Virus record (IMG/VR): IMGVR_UViG_3300012964_000003
Location: 1 to 64,000 of that record
DNA from: a virus
DNA length: 64,000 bases
Strand: one strand, 5' to 3'
The notes beneath the pieces were generated by a model. It did no database searches. It was not told the origin of the DNA and saw only the letters and a program-made list of their open reading frames with translations. Both the position numbers and the translations under genes were made by a program. This document shows, piece after piece, positions 34,586-43,318 of the stretch; position 1 is the stretch's first letter; each line of letters opens with the position of its first letter.

Positions 34586-36574
34586 GTGGCATTCAAGGAC
34601 AAGGGTGGCTTGCCGAATCTGATATCCTGGTTACCTGACCCGCATACAGCGGCCACTGCCTCGATAGCCAAGTTCGATGCCATCATCTTGCCATTCGACC
34701 ACTCAGACCACATTGCCTCCATTCGGGCGCTGAATCCAGACATCGGCGTTCTCACTTACGAGAACGCCGCGAACAAGTACTACAACTATCAAGAAGGCCC
34801 TGATGGCGACAATGCCGCATTCGTCAAGTGCTCGATGCAGTGGGTCTTCACCCAAGCTGGGTCTACTCTGGCATCAACTTGTGCTTCCGGTGATGCATCA
34901 CTCTCGGTTACTGCCGTTGATGCAGACAAGTTCGTCGTGGGTGACCTCATTGTTTGCGACGAGGAACTGATGCGCGTGACTGGCAAGAGTGATGGTACAC
35001 CGGGCACTCTCAATGTCACACGAGCAGTTGCAGCTTCGGGTACATGGCATTCTGCCACGGGACATACCAGTGGAGTTCGCATTGCCGCTGCAGGTATCTA
35101 TGGCAGCAACTCCACGAAGATACTCATGAACATCACATCGGGTTGTCCAACAGTGGACCTGGGCGGAGGGTATGGTGCTGAAGACTACGCCACCTACTAT
35201 GCCCGTGTCTCGAACCAAGACCTGAGCTATGGTGGAGAGACCTGGGATGGGTCCATGATTGATGTTGCCAACGGTGAACTTGCCCTTGGTAGCAATCGCA
35301 CCTATGACCCTAACAACTCGAACAGTGCGGCTGCCTCTGCCACTTGGAACGCCATGTGGACGGATGGCATTGCTGACTACACCGGCCAATTCAGGGCGCT
35401 TACCGGTGACGATGTCATTCTCACGGGCAACAATGCCGAGACCAACTACTCGTTGCTCAATGGCAACTACTGGGAGGGATTTCCCTCTTCCGATGGTAGT
35501 TGGGACCAGGTTTGGACCTGGTACAACATGATAATGGGGTACCAGCCCGAGGGCAACTATCTTGAATGGATGGCGAACTGTGCAACTGGCGCTACCAATA
35601 TGACGCACATGGAGGTCTATGAAACCACAGGGCTACCACCTACAGGCTGGCCCACCGACCCGGCTCCCACGTATCGCAAGATGCGGTTCGGGCTAGGCAC
35701 AACCCTCCTGGAAGATGGCTACTTTGCCTACTCGTATTCCAATGCTGCAGTCCATGCTCACGGTGGTGGCATCCAATGGTTTGACGAGTATGACAATGCG
35801 GGGTCTGCTCGGGGATACCTGGGACGTGGTATTGGTTCAGCTTACTACGCTTTGCCTGCAATTCCTGCCTCAGCCAACATGATTGACGGGGGTCATGGCG
35901 ACTTTGATGCTCAGCATGACTTCGACCAATGGTCAACGGTTGTAGGTGGAGGCGCATCTGGCTCATGGAGTTGGGACAACACACAGGGGTATGGTTCAGC
36001 AACCGGCTGCATGAAGGCCAACATCACCAATGCACCAGGTGATATCAACTACGTAAGTAGCCACTACCATGCCTCTGGGGGATTTACATCGGGGCAACCG
36101 TACACCATCCAGTTTGCAGCTAAGGCATCCGCAGAGAACAAGATGCGGGTCTACATCGCAGGGGCAGGTGCTGGTTCTCCATACATGAAGTGGTCGACCA
36201 AGGCATCGGTTCGTCTTGGCACAGACTGGAAGGAATATGAACTGTCCGGGGTATCGAACAGCACTGATGCAACCGGGTATGTCAACTTCATGTGCGGGTC
36301 CGCAACAGGACAGGTCTGGATAGACGACGTCAGGGTTCTGCCTGGTAGACGCGATGTATGGCGTCGTGACTTCGACAATGGTGTCGTTCTTGTCAATCCA
36401 GGAGACCAGCCAAAGACGGTGAGTCTTGGCGGTGTCTATCGCAAGATACAAGGAACCCAGGACCCAGTTGCGAACGATGGATTTCTGTACTCCTCGGTGA
36501 CCATTCCAGCTGTGGACGCCTGCATTCTGCTCAATCCCGGACCAAGCATGATGGTTGTCCATCCGCCCGGATAG
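34586..36574 (+). CDS. large secreted-type protein with carbohydrate-binding-module-like C-terminal region; putative glycan-binding or glycan-degrading virion protein
   Basis: 662 aa. The C-terminal VNFMCGSATGQVWIDDVRV resembles CBM4/9-type modules. Confidence 0.45.
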   Translation: MAFKDKGGLPNLISWLPDPHTAATASIAKFDAIILPFDHSDHIASIRALNPDIGVLTYENAANKYYNYQEGPDGDNAAFVKCSMQWVFTQAGSTLASTCASGDASLSVTAVDADKFVVGDLIVCDEELMRVTGKSDGTPGTLNVTRAVAASGTWHSATGHTSGVRIAAAGIYGSNSTKILMNITSGCPTVDLGGGYGAEDYATYYARVSNQDLSYGGETWDGSMIDVANGELALGSNRTYDPNNSNSAAASATWNAMWTDGIADYTGQFRALTGDDVILTGNNAETNYSLLNGNYWEGFPSSDGSWDQVWTWYNMIMGYQPEGNYLEWMANCATGATNMTHMEVYETTGLPPTGWPTDPAPTYRKMRFGLGTTLLEDGYFAYSYSNAAVHAHGGGIQWFDEYDNAGSARGYLGRGIGSAYYALPAIPASANMIDGGHGDFDAQHDFDQWSTVVGGGASGSWSWDNTQGYGSATGCMKANITNAPGDINYVSSHYHASGGFTSGQPYTIQFAAKASAENKMRVYIAGAGAGSPYMKWSTKASVRLGTDWKEYELSGVSNSTDATGYVNFMCGSATGQVWIDDVRVLPGRRDVWRRDFDNGVVLVNPGDQPKTVSLGGVYRKIQGTQDPVANDGFLYSSVTIPAVDACILLNPGPSMMVVHPPG

Positions 36575-36589
36575 AACTGAGGCCAGGGC

Positions 36590-38860
36590 ATGGCTGATGA
36601 CCATAGACACCCAACCGCAAACGGTAGTGCCAGTTCCTGGACAGCCTCTGGCGCTACATCGGCCTGGCAATGCGTCGATGATGAAACACCCAATGACGAC
36701 ACCGACACTATCTATCCGACTGTCAATGGTCAGCAGGCACTGTTCGCTTTCTCAGCTTTCGGAATTCCTGCTGGAGCCGTTGTCAGTAGTCTGGATGTAA
36801 CGTACCGGCACAAGAAGACAGGTAGCTCAGCTGCCAATATACATTCAGTTCTAAAGGTTGGCGATACCGTCTACCACAGCACAGATGGCGGCGTCAACCC
36901 AACTAATGGGGTCTGGAACGACCGTACCTATCAATACACAACCAATCCGAAAAGTGCAACTGCCTGGACGGCAGATGACATCAATGGGTCTGGTACCAAT
37001 GCCCTTCAGGAGTTCGGTGTTGACACGACAGACATAACTCCGCGTGTCTACTGCACACAGGTGTTTGCTACCGTCAACTACACAGCAGAGACTCAAACAC
37101 CTGTTAGCGGGTCTGTAACAGCGACTGGCGCTCCCTCTGTGAGCAAGATTGATGCGGTGGTTCTGCCCGGTGTTGCTGCTAGTGCAGGGGCTTTGACCAC
37201 CAAATTCGCGAATCTGTGGACCGTGGGCATTACGGCTGTGGCAGACGCCTATGGCCAAGCGGTCAAGACTGGCAACCAGGTTCTTGGGCAAGTCACGGGG
37301 TTTGTCGCTGCAAGTGTAACCCGTATCTCGGCATTGAATCTTCCGACTGTGTCTGGATATGGCACATCCGTGGTGGGCAAGACCGTCGGTCTGGTTCGCT
37401 CAGCTGCCGCCTTGGGAGTTGCAACAGCTAGCAAGACTAGAACTCTTGTTCAAGTTGTCACCGCCACGGGTTCTGCTCTGCTTACACGGGCCATATCTCT
37501 GGTGCAGGGGCCTGTCTCGGTGAGTGTTGGGGCTGGTCTGGCGAGACTCGTCGGGTTGGTCCACTCCGTGATTGCGACAGCGAATTCTCTTGGCCAGCAA
37601 CTCAAAACCAAGTATGTGACGGGGTCTGTCACCGCTGTGGCAGCAACTACCTTGACAACTTTGACAAGTCTGATTCGTTCTCTGGTCGCCACAGCAACGG
37701 CAATAGGACAACAGGTCAAGGGTCGGTTTGTTACAGGGTCTGTTGTTGCTAACGTTGTTGCGACCGTCGGTCGTATGGCCTCGTTGACGGGGTCTCCGGT
37801 CTATGCCATGGCTAACGCCACTCTTGCAAAGCTGGTCGGCTTGATTCGGTCGATTTCTGCAACGGCAGCGGCCATCGGTCAGCAAATCAAGGGCCAGTTC
37901 ATAACCGGGTCTGTGACTGCGGTTGCGAGTGCGAGTCTGAGTCGAATAATGAGTCTGATTGTTCCGGCTGCCACTGCTGTCGCAACACCAACTCGCAGCC
38001 TTTTCATTGCTCTATTGAAGACCCTGGATGCAATAGCAACTGCAACAGGTTCTCAACTCAAGAGCGGCACCAACGCTGTGGAGGGAGCGGCTACAGCAGT
38101 TGCTACTGCCACGGTTACCAGGGCAATTAGCGTTGTGCATCTGTTGACTGCGGTTGCAACGGCAATGCTTGCCCGGCTGATAAGTCTCTTCCAAACACTG
38201 GGAGCCATAGGAACCGCAACCGTTCAGGCAATCAAGGTCAAGACGGTTCAAGGGACGGCTACATGTCTGGCGATACTCAATGGTGTTCGCGCCATCGGCC
38301 TCATCAGACCAGCCAGCGCCTCTGCCTTTGTCCTGCTTGTCAAGACACTGAGTTTGACTCGCTCTGCAACGGCAAGCATCACTATTCTGGCCCAAAAGAC
38401 GATAGCCTTCATCAAGGTCATAACTAGTACCAGCCAGGCGGTTAGTTACAGAATGGCCTCTCTGGTCAGGTCTGCTACGGCAACTGGAGGTGCGACCCTA
38501 CTCAGGCTGATAGCCCAGACTCAGTCGATTCTAGTCAGCATTGTGGCAACGTGCGAAAGAGAGTTCACATCAGGCATCAGGCTTGTGGTTGGAACCGTCA
38601 CTGCGATAGTCTTGCCCACGCTGCAACGTGCACTGAGTCTGACCTGGCATCTTGATGTTCTGGGGTCCGTTTCTGGCCTCATACAACGTCTGAAATCAAG
38701 CGTCCATGCCATGGTTGTTGTAACGGCTTCAGCCGGGTCGACATTGTTCAAACGATTTCTGTCCACGATTCTTCCAAGCCTCACAGGGGACTTGGCAGGA
38801 ACCGATGACCTATCAGGAAACATGAACGGAGACCAAAGGCTGTCTGGAGAGCAGGGGTAA
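36590..38860 (+). CDS. large tandem-repeat protein, about 180-aa N-domain followed by at least 12 repeats of about 38 aa
   Basis: The unit L(V/I)GLIRS..ATA.AIGQQ(V/I)KG(R/Q)F(V/I)TGSV.AVA... recurs throughout. The period at DNA level is about 114 nt. Confidence 0.55.
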   Translation: MADDHRHPTANGSASSWTASGATSAWQCVDDETPNDDTDTIYPTVNGQQALFAFSAFGIPAGAVVSSLDVTYRHKKTGSSAANIHSVLKVGDTVYHSTDGGVNPTNGVWNDRTYQYTTNPKSATAWTADDINGSGTNALQEFGVDTTDITPRVYCTQVFATVNYTAETQTPVSGSVTATGAPSVSKIDAVVLPGVAASAGALTTKFANLWTVGITAVADAYGQAVKTGNQVLGQVTGFVAASVTRISALNLPTVSGYGTSVVGKTVGLVRSAAALGVATASKTRTLVQVVTATGSALLTRAISLVQGPVSVSVGAGLARLVGLVHSVIATANSLGQQLKTKYVTGSVTAVAATTLTTLTSLIRSLVATATAIGQQVKGRFVTGSVVANVVATVGRMASLTGSPVYAMANATLAKLVGLIRSISATAAAIGQQIKGQFITGSVTAVASASLSRIMSLIVPAATAVATPTRSLFIALLKTLDAIATATGSQLKSGTNAVEGAATAVATATVTRAISVVHLLTAVATAMLARLISLFQTLGAIGTATVQAIKVKTVQGTATCLAILNGVRAIGLIRPASASAFVLLVKTLSLTRSATASITILAQKTIAFIKVITSTSQAVSYRMASLVRSATATGGATLLRLIAQTQSILVSIVATCEREFTSGIRLVVGTVTAIVLPTLQRALSLTWHLDVLGSVSGLIQRLKSSVHAMVVVTASAGSTLFKRFLSTILPSLTGDLAGTDDLSGNMNGDQRLSGEQG

Positions 38861-38862
38861 CG

Positions 38863-39657
38863 ATGATAACCCTGAATGTAGCTTCAACCAAGACATTGAC
38901 CTACCATCCGGAGGTCAACGGCGTTGCCATCACTGAGGCTCTTCCTTCTCCTCCAACGGTCGAGATTCTGGATGGCAACCTTGCTCCGGTAACACTCGGG
39001 CACACGCCCGCCTGGGATGGGGTGGACGGATATTTCTTGACCATTGACCCTGTCGAGGTTCCAGTTGAGAAGGCTGGCGAGATATGGCAGGTGACATGGA
39101 CCTGGGTCAAGGACGGCGCAACTCTGTCCGACACAGACTATGTGGCCGTTACAGTTGGCGAGACGGGCCTCTATGGGACTGTTGCGGGTGTGCAGGAGTA
39201 CTTCCCGCTGCGAGTCATCCATTTTGCCCCAACGTCCCAGCCGTTCACTTCTCGACAGGTGGCTGTGGCCCTCATCCAGCACTCTCGCATCGTCAACATG
39301 AAGTTGGTGGCTGCTGAATATGAGGTTCCTGTCACAACTGACAATCCTGACGCCTATGGAATCATCACCGACATTGTGCAGAAGTTGGTCGCCTCAGATG
39401 TCATGCAGCGCATAGACCTGACACGCTCAGAGTCACCCGTTGTGGTGGCTACAGCTGGTACATGGCGTAAGCAAGCCGAGCAGACTCTTGAAGACATTCT
39501 CAACGGTGACCTTGTGTTGCCGGGCACTACGCGCGCGGGCGCGTACAAGGTCTCAATTCCTGGAGTCATCACGGCTCCAGCGGCTATAGATGTGAGCGTT
39601 AGAACCCAGGACTTCATCACCTACCGTGGCGGCTATTCTCCAGAGGTGACGTCATGA
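38863..39657 (+). CDS. hypothetical structural protein
   Basis: 264-aa ORF. Confidence 0.5.
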   Translation: MITLNVASTKTLTYHPEVNGVAITEALPSPPTVEILDGNLAPVTLGHTPAWDGVDGYFLTIDPVEVPVEKAGEIWQVTWTWVKDGATLSDTDYVAVTVGETGLYGTVAGVQEYFPLRVIHFAPTSQPFTSRQVAVALIQHSRIVNMKLVAAEYEVPVTTDNPDAYGIITDIVQKLVASDVMQRIDLTRSESPVVVATAGTWRKQAEQTLEDILNGDLVLPGTTRAGAYKVSIPGVITAPAAIDVSVRTQDFITYRGGYSPEVTS

Positions 39658-40595
39658 CAGAGGAACACATCACAGGAGGAGAAGGGTTCTATGGTTCTTA
39701 CATGCCACCTCGCAATGTCAAGAGTCTCTTCCCACCGAACGAGACATATGGTAGTGAATATGTCATCAGGACGTTCGCCAATTGGCGAGACCCCATTTGC
39801 GCCGTCATTCCCACTGAGTTGAACTTGGAGCGGTCTTGGATTGAGCCAGCTGAGCGAGAGGTGCCTCTTCCGGCTGTTCTGTCTTGGCCACCGCATTGCG
39901 ACATGGCATACGCCCAGTTCAAGAAGGCCATTCCTTCTTGTGCTCCGTTTGTCTATGCTGTGGCCATGACCTCTGGGAATCAGAACAAAGCACCTCTAGC
40001 ATCACGGCGTGGTACTGTAGTTGTGCCGTTCTATGCTCCAAATGGTCAGACAGACTGGAAGGCCATGGCCGAGGGCTTGAAGGACCTCGAACCACCGGTG
40101 AGAGTCTGTCTCCATGACCATGACCTGAAGGAGAATCGTCACCAGTTCTTTGAGGGATACCAGGTCATTTCGCCTGGTCCCGTCAAGGAGAAGGAGTATC
40201 TGTTTCGGTTGGCAAACCTCTTCAGGGAGGTTCGATGGGTTGCCAGCAACCGGTTCAGCAGCATAGCTCTCTATGCATTGATGGGGGGCGCTTCCTACTT
40301 CAACTATGGCCCTGCACCGATTGTTGATGAGCACAATCGGTCCGAGGAGGGGTTGGCCAAAGAACAAGAACTGTACAGCATGTTCGTCAAGCGCGAGATT
40401 GCCTCGGTTGACCTTCATGAATGGGCATTCGATGTGCTGGGTGGTCCGAGGTTTAGGCCTCCTCAGGAACTACATCGCGTTCTTGAAGAGTGCGAGAACA
40501 TGGCAGTCGAGCGATTCTCGCACTACGTACGCAAGGGATTTATCAATCGTCTCAGACTGACTCGTCGTGAATACCCGAGGATGGTGATGGCATGA
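39654..40595 (+). CDS. hypothetical protein
   Basis: 313-aa ORF. Confidence 0.5.
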   Translation: MTEEHITGGEGFYGSYMPPRNVKSLFPPNETYGSEYVIRTFANWRDPICAVIPTELNLERSWIEPAEREVPLPAVLSWPPHCDMAYAQFKKAIPSCAPFVYAVAMTSGNQNKAPLASRRGTVVVPFYAPNGQTDWKAMAEGLKDLEPPVRVCLHDHDLKENRHQFFEGYQVISPGPVKEKEYLFRLANLFREVRWVASNRFSSIALYALMGGASYFNYGPAPIVDEHNRSEEGLAKEQELYSMFVKREIASVDLHEWAFDVLGGPRFRPPQELHRVLEECENMAVERFSHYVRKGFINRLRLTRREYPRMVMA

Positions 40596-41158
40596 GTCCT
40601 TATGCCACCATCGGCATTGAAGTGATGGGAGTCGAGCAGGTTCGTCTTGCAATCAACCGTCTAGTCAGAGAGCTGACTGACCTGAGAGGAATCTGGCCTG
40701 CCTTCCACATGGCCTTTCTGGAGGTCGAGCGACAGCAGTTTTCCACTGAGGGTGGTACAGGCGCTCATGGTCATTGGCCTGAGCTAACACAGAACTATCA
40801 TGCATGGAAAATGCGACACTATCCTGGAATGCCAATTCTGCAGCGAGAACAGCGACTCATGAATTCCTTGACAGCCGAGATTGCACCAGGGCACATCTTT
40901 GAGATGTTCCCAAACATGATGGTGACAGGCACAGAAGTGACGGACAAGACAGGCCGTGGGTATGCGGGATATCATCAAATGGGAACTCCCAGAATGGTTC
41001 CGCGTCCTCCTGTTGATATCTCTGAGTCCTCAGCGGGTCACTACTTCGGCATTGCCACTTTCTACGCTGCTCGTCGGCTTGAATTGGTCTACAACGGCGT
41101 GGCATCAGAGGCTCCTGCTGCCGCACAGATTCCTGGCTGGCTTTCGGGGGTGATGTAG
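40592..41158 (+). CDS. putative head-tail joining or tail-completion protein
   Basis: 188 aa upstream of the major tail gene. Assignment is by position only. Confidence 0.35.
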   Translation: MSPYATIGIEVMGVEQVRLAINRLVRELTDLRGIWPAFHMAFLEVERQQFSTEGGTGAHGHWPELTQNYHAWKMRHYPGMPILQREQRLMNSLTAEIAPGHIFEMFPNMMVTGTEVTDKTGRGYAGYHQMGTPRMVPRPPVDISESSAGHYFGIATFYAARRLELVYNGVASEAPAAAQIPGWLSGVM

Positions 41159-41656
41159 ATGCTGTATGCGCCAGCCACGTTGCGACAGACCTGTATGGCC
41201 TTGCTGGGGTCTTGGAATGCCGATGAGACTGTCTGGACAGAGCATCCAGATTTTGCCACCCTATGTACTACAGTAGGCGGCCATCTGGGGGTTGCTCTGG
41301 ACCCGCTGATTGGCGTCTACAAGGTTGAAGAGCCATTCTCTGGCGGCCAGTATCCCTATGGCTGGGTGACGCCGGTTGCGGGGTCAGTGCTTGATGTAAC
41401 GGCTCATGCAGCGGCTTTGCAGCCAGAGGCATGGGTTCTCATCCAAGACCAATCAGCGGACAAGTCTTTGCTTGATGCCCGTTTGGAGGCGTATTGCTGC
41501 GCTCTCCTAAATCGATTCCGCTTGGTCGAGACCCTGCCAGGCCAATTAGTACGAATCACAGGATTCGACTTCTCGCCGCCGCTGCCTATGCGGCCAAGAG
41601 GATTTGATGGTCGTTGCGGAGTCAAGGTACAGATGTTGGTTCGCGAACCGGCATAG
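41159..41656 (+). CDS. hypothetical protein, possibly a tail terminator
   Basis: 165 aa upstream of the major tail gene. Confidence 0.35.
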   Translation: MLYAPATLRQTCMALLGSWNADETVWTEHPDFATLCTTVGGHLGVALDPLIGVYKVEEPFSGGQYPYGWVTPVAGSVLDVTAHAAALQPEAWVLIQDQSADKSLLDARLEAYCCALLNRFRLVETLPGQLVRITGFDFSPPLPMRPRGFDGRCGVKVQMLVREPA

Positions 41657-41690
41657 GGCCAGTCGCGAGTGATAAAAGGAGGAGGAAGAG

Positions 41691-42527
41691 ATGCCAGAGT
41701 ACTTCGCAATTGGCCCCATTGACTACTTCAAGATTGGTGACTATGGGGCCACCGAGGGCAATTGTCTGGATGTAGGTGACTTCCAGCGCGTCGAACTGGC
41801 GGTCAGCTCGTCGTCTACAGACGCCGTCGACAAGTACGGAATCGCCCACAATGCCGCCGTCTACGACCTGAAGTGGACCATGAAAGTCACCGGCACCGAG
41901 ATGCAGATTGAGACGCTCGCTAAGGCCTGGGGCGGCACCGTCGATGCATCCGGAAACCTGCTCATGGGTCTGAGCAAGGTTGGGCCAGTTGGCTTCCACA
42001 CCGTCTACTCAGCAGGTTGGCAGGCTGACGGGAGCAAGCAGAAGATAACGGCCCACAAGTGCTATATCACCCCGAACACCACGGTCGGTGTGGACAAGAG
42101 TGCCCAGCACACCTACGAGTTGGATATCACTCTCATGGCCGACACCACCAAGCCTGCAGGCGAAGAGTTCTTCAACATGAAGGCTTGGTCTGTGGATGGA
42201 ACGGCACCTGCGGTCACTGGCGTGATTCCCGCTAACCATGCTACGGGTGTGCCTAAGGGCGTCGGTACCACCGTCCAGTGGGCATTTGACAGCGCCATCC
42301 AGGCCGCAGACATGGACGACCAGCACTTTCTCGTGGTGGATGACAGCGGAGTTGCCAAGGCTGGAACGCTCTCTCTTGGCAGCGATGACGCAGTCGTCAC
42401 GTTTACCCCGACGGCAGCCTGGTCGCCCACAACGCAGTATCACTGCGCGGTGATTCGTGGCGTCAGAGACCTTGGCAACCTGAAGTTGGCAGCCAACTAT
42501 CTGTCGGAGTTCACAACTGGCGCATAG
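41691..42527 (+). CDS. major tail protein with a C-terminal Ig-like domain
   Basis: 278 aa preceding the chaperone and tape-measure genes. The C-terminus (VTGVIPANHATGVPKGVGTTVQWAFDS...) is Big_2/Ig-like. Confidence 0.6.
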   Translation: MPEYFAIGPIDYFKIGDYGATEGNCLDVGDFQRVELAVSSSSTDAVDKYGIAHNAAVYDLKWTMKVTGTEMQIETLAKAWGGTVDASGNLLMGLSKVGPVGFHTVYSAGWQADGSKQKITAHKCYITPNTTVGVDKSAQHTYELDITLMADTTKPAGEEFFNMKAWSVDGTAPAVTGVIPANHATGVPKGVGTTVQWAFDSAIQAADMDDQHFLVVDDSGVAKAGTLSLGSDDAVVTFTPTAAWSPTTQYHCAVIRGVRDLGNLKLAANYLSEFTTGA

Positions 42528-42602
42528 CCTCGTCGCTGAGGTGAATGACCTGTTGGCCGGGGAGAGCGACCCTCCCCGGCCAGCTCAAAGGGGGCGCTCC
42601 CT

Positions 42603-43178
42603 GTGAAGACAAAGACCGTGAAGGTTCTCAAAGAAGGCAATGAGGCCACTGAACTTGTGCGCACGCCCTCTCTCGGCTTCTTCGCTGAGCTGGAGGACAA
42701 GTGGGGCACCGATGACCTCAACCAATGGTTGTTCAGCAAGTGTCCAATGACGGCTAGTCGTCTGAAGGATGTACTTCCTGCCCTTCTCCGAGACACAGCT
42801 GGAGACGAGGAGGAATGGGGCTCTCAGTCCTTCATCATGTCTGAGCTGGAAGCCTACCAGGATTCCATCTTCACTGTCTGCTGGGATGCCCTGTCCAAGA
42901 AGGCCCGTGAGGGTATCGAGGATGCCTGGAAGAAGATGGAGAAGGCCATCGAGGAGGGCGACACCATTCCCGGAGTCATCAGGCTTGTGCTTGGTGGGGC
43001 GCAGGAATTGCTCCTTCAGGAGTACATGAAGGATGACGAGGCCAACTTCATCAAGGCCGTCAAGGAAGTTGCAAAGGCGCTGCCCAAACAACTTCTGGAG
43101 CGGGTTGAGGTCGCCAGACTCAAGGAGAAGTCCCGCCCCCCGGCTCTGCTGAAAGACGAACCTACAGAGACCTCGTAG
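42603..43178 (+). CDS. tail assembly chaperone
   Basis: 191 aa, acidic, between the major tail and tape-measure genes. Confidence 0.6.
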   Translation: MKTKTVKVLKEGNEATELVRTPSLGFFAELEDKWGTDDLNQWLFSKCPMTASRLKDVLPALLRDTAGDEEEWGSQSFIMSELEAYQDSIFTVCWDALSKKAREGIEDAWKKMEKAIEEGDTIPGVIRLVLGGAQELLLQEYMKDDEANFIKAVKEVAKALPKQLLERVEVARLKEKSRPPALLKDEPTETS

Positions 43179-43316
43179 CGGACCTTTCTGTCTTCTTCTG
43201 GAAGAGTGTGGGGGTCTCGTACAAAGAGGTTCTGCGAATGAGTCCTGCTCAGGCAGAGCAACGTGCTGATGAAGTCGTAGACGCCCTGAGTCGTACTCGC
43301 CGAGAAGAGAGATAGG
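43131..43316 (+). other. candidate programmed-frameshift extension of the tail assembly chaperone (+1 frame)
   Basis: A run of six C's (CGCCCCCCGG) near the 3' end of the chaperone ORF. The +1 frame stays open for about 58 codons (…ADLSVFFWKSVGVSYKEVLRMSPAQAEQRADEVVDALSRTRREER) and stops 2 nt before the tape-measure ATG. Confidence 0.4.
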
Positions 43317-43318
43317 GA

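Noticed and set aside
36590-38860. The possibility that the repeat protein is the tape measure
   Set aside because: A canonical chaperone pair and a 968-aa tape measure with an NlpC/P60 domain follow the major tail protein at 43319. The repeat protein precedes the head-tail joining genes.
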